Positions 10,901-23,800 of a stretch of 38,642 bases of DNA are shown here, one piece after another. The DNA comes from Nemertoderma westbladi. Its lineage: Eukaryota; Animalia; Xenacoelomorpha. The stretch lies in contig JAUCBJ010009071.1 of assembly GCA_032718475.1 (NCBI GenBank), positions 1 through 38,642 on the forward strand, in the 5' to 3' direction. The number at the start of each line of letters is the position of its first letter. Positions within the stretch are counted from its first letter, which is position 1. The notes below the pieces were generated by a model. It was not told the origin of the DNA. It did not search any database and saw only the letters and a program-made list of their open reading frames with translations. The position numbers were made by a program, and so were the translations under genes.

Positions 10901-13342
10901 ACTATCAGATACACAACTGTCCCTGTCCCTGTATCAGTTTATAAGACACTATCCTCACTATCAGATACACAACTGTCCCTGTCCCTGTATCAGTTTATAA
11001 GACACTATCCTCACTATCAGATACGCACCTGTCCCTGTCCATGTATCAGATTATCAGACACTAACTTCGCTATCAGATACACACCTGTCCCTGTCCATGT
11101 ATCAGTTTATTAGACACTATCCTCACTATCAGATACGCACCTGTCCCTGTCCATGTATCAGTTTATTAGACACTATCCTCACTATCAGATACGCACCTGT
11201 CCCTGACCCTGTATCAGTTTATTAGACACTATCCTCACTATCAGATACGCACCTGTCCCTGTCCATGTATCAGATTATTAGACACTAACTTCGCTATCAG
11301 ATACACACCTGTCCCTGTCCATGTATCAGTTTATTAGACACTATCCTCACTATCAGATACACACCTGTCCCTGTCCATGTATCAGATTATTAGACACTAA
11401 CTTCGCTATCAGATACACACCTGTCCCTGTCCATGTATCAGTTTATTAGACACTATCCTCACTATCAGATACACACCTGTCCCTGTCCATGTATCAGTTT
11501 ATTAGACACTATCCTCACTATCAGATACACAACTGTCCCTGTCCCTGTATCAGTTTATAAGACACTATCCTCACTATCAGATACACAACTGTCCCTGTCC
11601 CTGTATCAGTTTATAAGACACTATCCTCACTATCAGATACGCACCTGTCCCTGTCCATGTATCAGATTATCAGACACTAACTTCGCTATCAGATACACAC
11701 CTGTCCCTGTCCATGTATCAGTTTATTAGACACTATCCTCACTATCAGATACGCACCTGTCCCTGTCCATGTATCAGTTTATTAGACACTATCCTCACTA
11801 TCAGATACGCACCTGTCCCTGACCCTGTATCAGTTTATTAGACACTATCCTCACTATCAGATACGCACCTGTCCCTGTCCATGTATCAGATTATTAGACA
11901 CTAACTTCGCTATCAGATACACACCTGTCCCTGTCCATGTATCAGTTTATTAGACACTATCCTCACTATCAGATACACACCTGTCCCTGTCCATGTATCA
12001 GATTATTAGACACTAACTTCGCTATCAGATACACACCTGTCCCTGTCCATGTATCAGTTTATTAGACACTATCCTCACTATCAGATACACAACTGTCCCT
12101 GTCCCTGTATCAGTTTATAAGACACTATCCTCACTATCAGATACACAACTGTCCCTGTCCCTGTATCAGTTTATAAGACACTATCCTCACTATCAGATAC
12201 GCACCTGTCCCTGTCCATGTATCAGATTATCAGACACTAACTTCGCTATCAGATACACACCTGTCCCTGTCCATGTATCAGTTTATTAGACACTATCCTC
12301 ACTATCAGATACGCACCTGTCCCTGTCCATGTATCAGTTTATTAGACACTATCCTCACTATCAGATACGCACCTGTCCCTGACCCTGTATCAGTTTATTA
12401 GACACTATCCTCACTATCAGATACGCACCTGTCCCTGTCCATGTATCAGATTATCAGACACTAACTTCGCTATCAGATACACACCTGTCCCTGTCCATGT
12501 ATCAGTTTATTAGACACTATCCTCACTATCAGATACGCACCTGTCCCTGTCCATGTATCAGTTTATTAGACACTATCCTCACTATCAGATACGCACCTGT
12601 CCCTGTCCATGTATCAGTTTATTATACACTATCCTCACTATCAGATACGCACCTGTCCCTGACCCTGTATCAGTTTATTAGACACTATCCTCACTATCAG
12701 ATACGCACCTGTCCCTGTCCATGTATCAGATTATCAGACACTAACTTCGCTATCAGATACACACCTGTCCCTGTCCATGTATCAGTTTATTAGACACTAT
12801 CCTCACTATCAGATACGCACCTGTCCCTGTCCATGTATCAGTTTATTAGACACTATCCTCACTATCAGATACGCACCTGTCCCTGTCCATGTATCAGATT
12901 ATTAGACACTAACTTCGCTATCAGATACACACCTGTCCCTGTCCATGTATCAGTTTATTAGACACTATCCTCACTATCAGATACGCACCTGTCCCTGTCC
13001 ATGTATCAGTTTATTAGACACTATCCTCACTATCAGATACGCACCTGTCCCTGACCCTGTATCAGTTTATTAGACACTATCCTCACTATCAGATACACAC
13101 CTGTCCCTGTCCATGTATCAGATTATTAGACACTATCCTCACTATCAGATACGCACCTGTCCCTGTCCATGTATCAGTTTATTAGACACTATCCTCACTA
13201 TCAGATACACACCTGTCCCTGTCCATGTATCAGATTATTAGTCACTATCATCACTATCAGATACGCACCTGTCCCTGTCCATGTATCAGATTATTAGACA
13301 CTAACTTCGCTATCAGATACACACCTGTCTCTGTATCCGATT
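7935..13342. repeat. 56-bp minisatellite filling SNX8 intron 3, derived from the exon 3 donor junction
   Basis: Unit ACACCTGTCCCTGTCCATGTATCAGATTATTAGACACTAACTTCGCTATCAGATAC, about 96 copies. Two main variants (AACTTCG and ATCCTCA) often alternate. The last unit overlaps exon 3. Confidence 0.97.
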
Positions 13343-13482
13343 GTCGTAGTGCATGGAAGCGACGCCCTGGGTCTTTACCGTTGCATCCATTTTCTTTTGT
13401 TTCATAACTCCTACTTTATACAGCGCCGTTGAATGCTCCTTAACAACGCCCTTTTCATGTCTTTCGCAAAGGTCCTTAAAAG
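13325..13482 (-). CDS. SNX8: SNX8 exon 3 (BAR domain)
   Basis: Acceptor cacacag|CT completes G+CT (Ala). 158 nt encoding FKDLCERHEKGVVKEH...MKQKKM...DNRIQRQ; KDLCERHEKGV is a strongly conserved SNX8 motif. Donor CAG|GTGTGT (phase 0). Not in the ORF track. Confidence 0.9.
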
Positions 13483-13962
13483 CTGTGTGGGTATAAATAC
13501 TACAGTGTAAGCGATCATGTAAGGATTTTGGTTAGGTTACTGTTCATTAAGTAATCCGTAGAAATTATATTTTAACTTTTTATGCAGAGAGATTTTAGGA
13601 TAATTATTTCGTTTGATATATTGTTGAATGGTGAAAATTTAAAATGTCACTTGCATTGTTAATATTTTGTTTATTCAGAATCAATATTGAGAACTAACAC
13701 CGCTTTGAAAATAATAAACTAGGCAACATTCTGCCATATACCCAGTCAGAATCAATACAACAAATTATACGGTATGGCTATGGCCCCAGTAGCTGGCGTT
13801 CTCTAACAAACAGAAATATCCAGATTTAATCGTCTTAAAACAGTTTGAATTAGTTTACCTTGTTAAATAACTCGTGTGTTTAGTCCATATGTGTGTTATA
13901 TCTATATGAGTCTATCACTAAAATAAAGTACGCCTAGTTGGGTAAATAAACAACAAACCAAC

Positions 13963-14195
13963 CTGTAACAACATCGAGCAGCAAGGCCATTTTATCAGCG
14001 ACAGTATCGGCCTCGCTATCCGCTAGATTCTCCGCTGTCTCGCTGATGTTCACTAAATCCGGTGCAATCGCTTTCAAGGCAGCCCGTAACTCAGACCATC
14101 GATGTGGATCGCCCCATGATGTGGTCGCACCATCTTGGCACATCAGACCTGCTGCTTTAGCAGAGTTTAGCATATCAGCGGCCAATCCAGTTCGT
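13963..14195 (-). CDS. SNX8: SNX8 exon 2 (BAR domain)
   Basis: Acceptor tttgtag|A completes AG+A (Arg) from exon 1. 233 nt open frame RTGLAADMLNSAKAAG...SWGD..W..L..ALK...ADKMALLLDVVT. Donor G|GTTGGT (phase 1). Confidence 0.85.
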
Positions 14196-14677
14196 CTACA
14201 AATTAAGATATAATTTATTGGCTACGGTTTTGTACATGTATTAAAATTAATAAAATTGGAAGTGCATATCAATGAAAACGTTATATTCCAAACATAATGA
14301 GCCAAAAATCAGGTCCCTCCTATACGATTAAAACTCGCGATTGAATAGCCAAAAAGATGCGCTGCTTAATTAAAAAAAATTCGACTTTAGTATTCTGCCT
14401 TTAGGAACAGCATAACAAGCAAATTTATGAATTTTTTGAATGAAAGACATTGGAAATGTACAACTTAATAAAAGTATTTTCAAAGTAATAAAACAAAAAA
14501 TATTTTATTGTTATAATCGTCCTTACAAAATAAACTCCCGTACCGGTATATATTTTACCATAATTCACTGGATTGTACCATTAAACTCGCTGGTACAGAC
14601 AGACACCACCTCAAACAGGCCACCGCTCAATTGTCCCACCACCTCTAATATGCAAGAATGCAGTACTATTTCAGTTA

Positions 14678-14769
14678 GGGACCATCCTTTTAAGCAATAA
14701 AAATTATTGCTTAAATAAGGAATGTTGAAAATCCGCTAATTTTTTCCTTGCTTAAATAAGGATGGTCCC
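14678..14769. mobile_element. 92-bp MITE-like element in intron 1
   Basis: TIR GGGACCATCCTT(AT)TTAAGCAA at both ends, flanked by TA on each side (TTA...TAA). Superfamily uncertain; the termini resemble PIF/Harbinger-type MITEs. Confidence 0.55.
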
Positions 14770-14866
14770 TAAATGTATTTATTTAACTTCTCGAGTTTGC
14801 CTTGTACTGGGGGGCAGGGGATGGGGTGATAGTAATATTATAAACAACTACGTAAATACGCAATAC

Positions 14867-17800
14867 AAACACCTCATTACCACTCGATCCACCATGGTTC
14901 CATTAAATACTCACCCCCTTACCTATCGATCCACCATGGTTCCATTAAATACTCACCTCATTACCTATCGATCCACCATGGTTCCATTAAATACTCACCT
15001 CATTACCTATCGATCCACCATGGTTCCATTAAACACTCACCTCATTAACCAATCGATCCACCATGGTTCCGTTAAACACTCACCTCATTAAACACTCGAT
15101 CCAACATGGTTCCGTTAAACACTCACCTCATTACCTATCGATCCACCATGGTTCCATTAAACACTCACCTCATTAACCAATCGATCCACCATGGTTCCGT
15201 TAAACACTCACCTCATTAAACACTCGATCGACCATGGTTCCATTAAACACTCACCTCATTAGGCCTACCTATCGATCCACCATGGTTCCATTAAACACTC
15301 ACCTCATTACCACTCGATCCACCACGGTTCCGTTAAACATTCACCTCATTAACCACTCGATCCACCATGGTTCCATTAAACACTCACCCCCTTACCTATC
15401 GATCCACCATGGTTCCATTAAACACTCACCTCATTAACCACTCAATCTACCATTGTTCCATTAAACACTCACCTCCTTACCTATCGATCCACCATGGTTC
15501 CATTAAACACTCACCCCCTTACCTATCGATCCACCATGGTTCCATTAAACACTCACCTCATTACCTATCGATCCACCATGGTTCCATTAAACACTCACCC
15601 CCTTACCTATCGATCCGCCATGGTTCCATTAAACACTCACCTCATTACCACTCGATCCAACATGGTTCCATTAAACACTCACCTCCTTACCTATCGATCC
15701 ACCATGGTTCCATTAAACCCTCACCTCCTTACCTATCGATCCACGATGGTTCCATTAAACACTCACCTCATTACCTATCGATCCACCATGGTTCCATTAA
15801 ACACTCACCTCCTTACCTATCGATCCACCATGGTTCCATTAAACACTCACCTCCTTACCTATCGATCCACCATGGTTCCGTTAAACACTCACCTCATTAA
15901 ACACTCGATCGACCATGGTTCCATTAAACACTCACCTCATTAGGCCTACCAATCGAAACACCATGGTTCCATTAAACACTCACCTCATTACCACTCGATC
16001 CACCACGGTTCCGTTAAACATTCACCTCATTAACCACTCGATCCACCATGGTTCCATTAAACACTCACCTCATTACCTATCGATCCACCATGGTTCCATT
16101 AAACACTCACCCCCTTATCTATCGATCCGCCATGGTTCCATTAAACACTCACCTCATTACCACTCGATCCAACATGGTGCCATTAAACACTCACCTCCTT
16201 ACCTATTGATCCACCATGGTTCCATTAAACCCTCACCTCCTTACCTATCGATCCACCATGGTTCCATTAAACACTCACCTCATTACCTATCGATCCACCA
16301 TGGTTCCATTAAACACTCACCTCCTTACCTATCGATCCACCATGGTTCCATTAAACACTCACCTCCTTACCTATCGATCCACCATGGTTCCGTTAAACAC
16401 TCACCTCCTTACCTATCGATCCACCATGGTTCCATTAAACACTCACCTCCTTACCTATCGATCCACCATGGTTCCATTAAACACTCACCTCCTTACCTAT
16501 CGATCCACCATGGTTCCATTAATCACTCACCTCCTTACCTATCGATCCACCATGGTTCCGTTAAACACTCACCTCCTTATCTATCGATCCACCATAGTTC
16601 CATTAAACACTCACCTCCTTACCTATCGATCCACCATGGTTCCATTAAACACTCACCTCCTTACCTATCGATTCACCATGGTTCCATTAAACACTCACCT
16701 CCTTACCTATCGATCCACCATGGTTCCATTAAACACTCACCTCCTTACCTATCGATCCACCATGGTTCCATTAAACACTCACCTCCTTACCTATCGATCC
16801 ACCATGGTTCCATTAAACACTCACCTCATTACCTATCGATCCACCATGGTTCCATTAAACACTCACCGCCTACCTATCGATCTACCATGGTTCCATTAAA
16901 CACTCACCTCATTAACCACTCAATCTACCATTGTTCCATTAAACACTCACCTCATTAACAATCGATCCACCATGGTTCCATTAAACACTCACCTCCTTAC
17001 CTATCGATCCACCATGGTTCCATTAAACACTCACCTCCTTACCTATCGATCCACCATGGTTCCATTAAACACTCACCTCATTACCTATCGATCCACCATG
17101 GTTCCATTAAACACTCACCTCATTACCTATCGATCCACCATGGTTCCATTAAACACTCACCTCCTTACCTATCGATCCACCATGGTTCCATTAAACACTC
17201 ACCTCCTTACCTATCGATCCACCATGGTTCCATTAAACACTCACCTCCTTACCTATCGATCCACCATGGTTCCATTAAACACTCACCTCCTTACCTATCG
17301 ATCCACCATGGTTCCATTAAACACTCACCTCATTAACCACTCAATCTACCATTGTTCCATTAAACACTCACCTCCTTACCTATCGATCCACCATGGTTCC
17401 ATTAAACACTCACCTCCTTACCTATCGATCCACCATGGTTCCATTAAACACTCACCTCTTTACCTATCGATCCACCATGGTTCCATTAAACACTCACCTC
17501 CTTACCTATCGATCCACCATGGTTCCATTAAACACTCACCTCCTTACCTATCGATCCACCATGGTTCCATTAAACACTCACCTCATTACCTATCGATCCA
17601 CCATGGTTCCATTAAACACTCACCGCCTTACCTATCGATCCACCATGGTTCCATTAAACACTCACCTCATTAACCACTCAATCTACCATTGTTCCATTAA
17701 ACACTCACCTCATTAACAATCGATCCACCATGGTTCCATTAAACACTCACCTCCTTACCTATCGATCCACCATGGTTCCATTAAACACTCACCTCCTTAC

Positions 17801-20800
17801 CTATCGATCCACCATGGTTCCATTAAACACTCACCTCATTACCTATCGATCCACCATGGTTCCATTAAACACTCACCTCATTACCTATCGATCCACCATG
17901 GTTCCATTAAACACTCACCTCCTTACCTATCGATCCACCATGGTTCCATTAAACACTCACCTCCTTACCTATCGATCCACCATGGTTCCATTAAACACTC
18001 ACCTCCTTACCTATCGATCCACCATGGTTCCATTAATCACTCACCTCCTTACCTATCGATCCACCATGGTTCCGTTAAACACTCACCTCCTTATCTATCG
18101 ATCCACCATAGTTCCATTAAACACTCACCTCCTTACCTATCGATCCACCATGGTTCCATTAAACACTCACCTCCTTACCTATCGATTCACCATGGTTCCA
18201 TTAAACACTCACCTCCTTACCTATCGATCCACCATGGTTCCATTAAACACTCACCTCCTTACCTATCGATCCACCATGGTTCCATTAAACACTCACCTCC
18301 TTACCTATCGATCCACCATGGTTCCATTAAACACTCACCTCATTACCTATCGATCCACCATGGTTCCATTAAACACTCACCGCCTTACCTATCGATCCAC
18401 CATGGTTCCATTAAACACTCACCTCATTAACCACTCAATCTACCATTGTTCCATTAAACACTCACCTCATTAACAATCGATCCACTATGGTTCCATTAAA
18501 CACTCACCTCCTTACCTATCGATCCACCATGGTTCCATTAAACACTCACCTCCTTACCTATCGATCCACCATGGTTCCATTAAACACTCACCTCATTACC
18601 TATCGATCCACCATGGTTCCATTAAACACTCACCTCATTACCTATCGATCCACCATGGTTCCATTAAACACTCATCTCCTTACCTATCGATCCACCATGG
18701 TTCCATTAAACACTCACCTCCTTACCTATCGATCCACCATGGTTCCATTAAACACTCACCTCCTTACCTATCGATCCACCATGGTTCCATTAAACACTCA
18801 CCTCCTTACCTATCGATCCACCATGGTTCCATTAAACACTCACCTCATTAACCACTCAATCTACCATTGTTCCATTAAACACTCACCTCCTTACCTATCG
18901 ATCCACCATGGTTCCATTAAACACTCACCTCCTTACCTATCGATCCACCATGGTTCCATTAAACACTCACCTCTTTACCTATCGATCCACCATGGTTCCA
19001 TTAAACACTCACCTCCTTACCTATCGATCCACCATGGTTCCATTAAACATTCACCTCCTTACCTATCGATCCACCATGGTTCCATTAAATACTCACCTCC
19101 TTACCTATCGATTCACCATGGTTCCATTAAACACTCACCTCATTACCTATCGATCCACCATGGTTCCATTAAACACTCACCTCCTTACCTATCGATCCAC
19201 CATGGTTCCATTAAACACTCACCTCCTTACCTATCGATCCACCATGGTTCCGTTAAACACTCACCTCCTTACCTATCGATCCACCATGGTTCCATTAAAC
19301 ACTCACCTCCTTACCTATCGATCCACCATGGTTCCATTAAACACTCACCTCCTTACCTATCGATCCACCATGGTTCCATTAAACACTCACCTCCTTACCT
19401 ATCGATCCACCATGGTTCCATTAAACACTCACCTCATTACCTATCGATATCCACCATGGTTCCATTAAACACTCACCTCCTTACCTATCGATCCACCATG
19501 GTTCCATTAAACACTCACCTCATTAACCACTCAATCTACCATTGTTCCATTACACACTCACCTCATTAACAATCGATCCACCATGGTTCCATTAAACACT
19601 CACCTCCTTACCTATCGATCCACCATGGCTCCATTAAACACTCACCTCCTTACCTATCGATCCACCATGGTTCCATTAAACACTCACCTCCTTACCTATC
19701 GATCCACCATGGTTCCATTAAACACTCACCTCATTACCTATCGATCCACCATGGTTCCATTAAACACTCACCTCATTACCTATCGATCCACCATGGTTCC
19801 ATTAAACACTCACCTCCTTACCTATCGATCCACCATGGTTCCATTAAACACTCACCTCCTTACCTATCAATCCACCATGGTTCCATTAAACACTCACCTC
19901 CTTACCTATCGGTCCACCATGGTTCCATTAAACACTCACCTCCTTAACTATCGATCCACCATGGTTCCATTAAACACTCACCTCATTAACCACTCAATCT
20001 ACCATTGTTCCATTAAACACTCACCTCCTTACCTATCGATCCACCATGGTTCCATTAAACACTCACCTCCTTACCTATCGATCCACCATGGTTCCATTAA
20101 ACACTCACCTCCTTACCTATCGATCCACCATGGTTCCATTAAACACTCACCTCCTTACCTATCGATCCACCATGGTTCCATTAAACACTCACCTCCTTAC
20201 CTATCGATCCACCATGGTTCCATTAAATACTCACCTCCTTACCTATCGATCCACCATGGTTCCATTAAACACTCACCTCATTACCTATCGATCCACCATG
20301 GTTCCATTAAACACTCACCTCCTTACCTATCGATCCACCATGGTTCCATGAAACACTCACCTCCTTAACTATCGATCCACCATGGTTCCGTTAAACACTC
20401 ACCTCCTTACCTATCGATCCACCATGGTTCCATTAAACACTCACCTCCTTACCTATCGATCCACCATGGTTCCATTAAACACTCACCTCCTTACCTATCG
20501 ATCCACCATGGTTCCATTAAACACTCACCTCCTTACCTATCGATCCACCATGGTTCCGTTAAACACTCACCTCCTTACCTATCGATCCACCATGGTTCCA
20601 TTAAACACTCACCTCCTTACCTATCGATCCACCATGGTTCCATTAAACACTCACCTCCTTACCTATCGATCCACCATGGTTCCATTAAACACTCACCTCC
20701 TTACCTATCGATCCACCATGGTTCCATTAAACACTGACCTCCTTACCTATCGATCCACCATCGTTCCATTAAACACTCACCTCATTACCTATCGATCCAC

Positions 20801-23800
20801 CATGGTTCCATTAAACACTCACCTCCTTACCTATCGATCCACCATGGTTCCATTAATCACTCACCTCATTAACCACTCAATCTACCATTGTTCCATTAAA
20901 CACTCACCTCATTAACAATCGATCCACCATGGTTCCATTAAACACTCACCTCCTTACATATCGATCCACCATGGTTCCATTAAACACTCACCTCCTTACC
21001 TATCGATCCACCATGGTTCCATTAAACACTCACCTCATTACCTATCGATCCACCATGGTTCCATTAAACACTCACCTCATTACCTATCGATCCACCATGG
21101 TTCCATTAAACACTCACCTCCTTACCTATCTATCCACCATGGTTCCTTTAAACACTCACCTCCTTACCTATCGATCCACCATGGTTCCATTAAACACTCA
21201 CCTCCTTACCTATCGATCCACCATGGTTCCATTAAACACTCACCTCCTTACCTATCGATCCACCATGGTTCCATTAAACACACCTCCTTACCTATCGATC
21301 CACCATGGTTCCATTAAACACTCACCTCCTTACCTATCGATCCACCATGGTTCCATTAAACACTCACCTCATTACCTATCGATCCACCATGGTTCCATTA
21401 AACACTCACCTCATTACCTATCGATCCACCATGGTTCCATTAAACACTCACCTCCTTACCTATCGATCCACCATGGTTCCATTAAACACTCACCTCCTTA
21501 CCTATCGATCCACCATGGTTCCGTTAAACACTCACCTCCTTACCTATCGATCCACCATGGTTCCATTAAACACTCACCTCCTTACCTATCGATCCACCAT
21601 GGTTCCGTTAAACACTCACCTCATTACCACTCTATCCACCATGGATCCGTTAAACACTCACCTCATTACCACTCGATCCACCATGGATCCGTTAAACCTC
21701 AACTCATTACCACTCGATCCACCATGGTTCCATTAAACACTCTCCTCATTACCACTCGATCCACCATGGATCCGTTAAACACTCACCTCATTACCACTCG
21801 ATCCACCATGGATCCGTTAAACACTCACCTCATTACCTATCGATCCACCATGGTTCCATTAAACACTTACCTAATTAATCACTCAATCTACCATTGTTCC
21901 ATTAAACACTCACCTCCTTACCTATCGATCCACCATGGTCCCATTAAACACTCACCTCCTTACCTATCGATCTACCATGGTTCCATTAAACACTCACCTC
22001 CTTGCCTATCGATCCACCATGGTTCCGTTAAACACTCAACCCCTTACCTATCGATCCACCATGGTTCCATTAAACACTCACCTCCATACCTATCGATCCA
22101 CCATGGTTCCATTAAACACTCACCTCCTTACCTATCGATCCACCATGGTTCCGTTAAACACTCACCTCATTACCTATCGATCTACCATGGTTCCATTAAA
22201 CACTAACCTCATTACCTATCGATCCACCATGGTTCCATTAAACACTCACCTCTTTACCTATCGATCCACCATGGATCCATTAAACACTCACCTCCTTACC
22301 TATCGATCCACCATGGTTCCGTTAAACACTCACCTCCTTACTTATCGATCCACCATGGTTCCATTAAACACTCACCTCATCAACCACTCGATCCACCATG
22401 GTTCCATTAAACACTCACCTCATTACCTATCGATCCACCATGGTTCCATTAAACACTCACCTCATCACCACTCAATCTACCATTGTTCCATTAAACACTC
22501 ACCTCATTACCAATCCACCCACCATGGCTCCGTTAAACACTCACCTCATTACCACAGATCCACCATGGTTCCGGTTAACACTCACCTCATTACCTATCGA
22601 TCCACCATGGTTCCGTTAAACACTCACCTCATTAACCACTCTATCTACCATTGTTTCATTAAACACTCACCTCATTACCAATCCACCCACCATGGTTCCG
22701 TTAAACACTCACCTCATTACCAATCTAGCCATCATGGTTTCATTAAACACTCACCTCATTACCACTCGATCCACCATGGATCCGTTAAACACTCACCTCA
22801 TTACCACTCGATCCACCATGGATTCGTTAAACACTCACCTCATTACCACTCGATCCACCATGGTTCCATTAAACACTCACCTCATTACCACTCGATCCAC
22901 CATGGATCCGTTAAACACTCACCTCATTACCACTCGATCCACCATGGGTCCGTTAAACCTCACCTCATTACCACTCGATCCACCATGGTTCTATTAAACA
23001 CTCACCTCATTACCACTCGATCCACCATGGATCCGTTAAACACTCACCTAATTACCACTCGATCCACCATGGATCCGTTAAACACTCACCACATTACCTA
23101 TCGATCCACCATGGTTCCATTAAACACTTACCTAATTAATCACTCAATCTACCATTGTTCCATTAAACACTCACCTCCTTACCTATCGATCCACCATGGT
23201 TCCATTAAACACTCACCTCCTTACCTATCGATCCACCATGGTTCCATTAAACACTCACCTCCTTACCTATCGATCCACCATGGTTCCATTAAACACTCAC
23301 CTCCTTACCTATCGATCCACCATGGCTCCGTTAAACACTCACCTCATTACCACAGATCCACCATGGTTCCGGTTAACACTCACCTCATTACCTATCGATC
23401 CACCATGGTTCCATTAAACACTCACCTCATTACCACTCGATCCACCATGGTTCCATTAAACACTCACCTCATTACCTATCGATCCACCATGGTCCCATTA
23501 AACACTCACCTCCTTACCTATCGATCTACCATGGTTCCATTAAACACTCACCTCCTTGCCTATCGATCCACCATGGTTCCGTTAAACACTCAACCCCTTA
23601 CCTATCGATCCACCATGGTTCCATTAAACACTCACCTCCTTACCTATCGATCCACCATGGTTCCATTAAACACTCACCTCCTTACCTATCGATCCACCAT
23701 GGTTCCGTTAAACACTCACCTCATTACCTATCGATCTACCATGGTTCCATTAAACACTAACCTCATTACCTATCGATCCACCATGGTTCCATTAAACACT

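Noticed and set aside
11433-13407. Cys/His-containing ORFs (MYQFIRHYPHY…CPCPC)
   Set aside because: Antisense reading of the 56-bp satellite.
14440-14700. 86-aa plus-strand ORF
   Set aside because: AT-rich intronic sequence with no recognisable motif; it ends inside a MITE.
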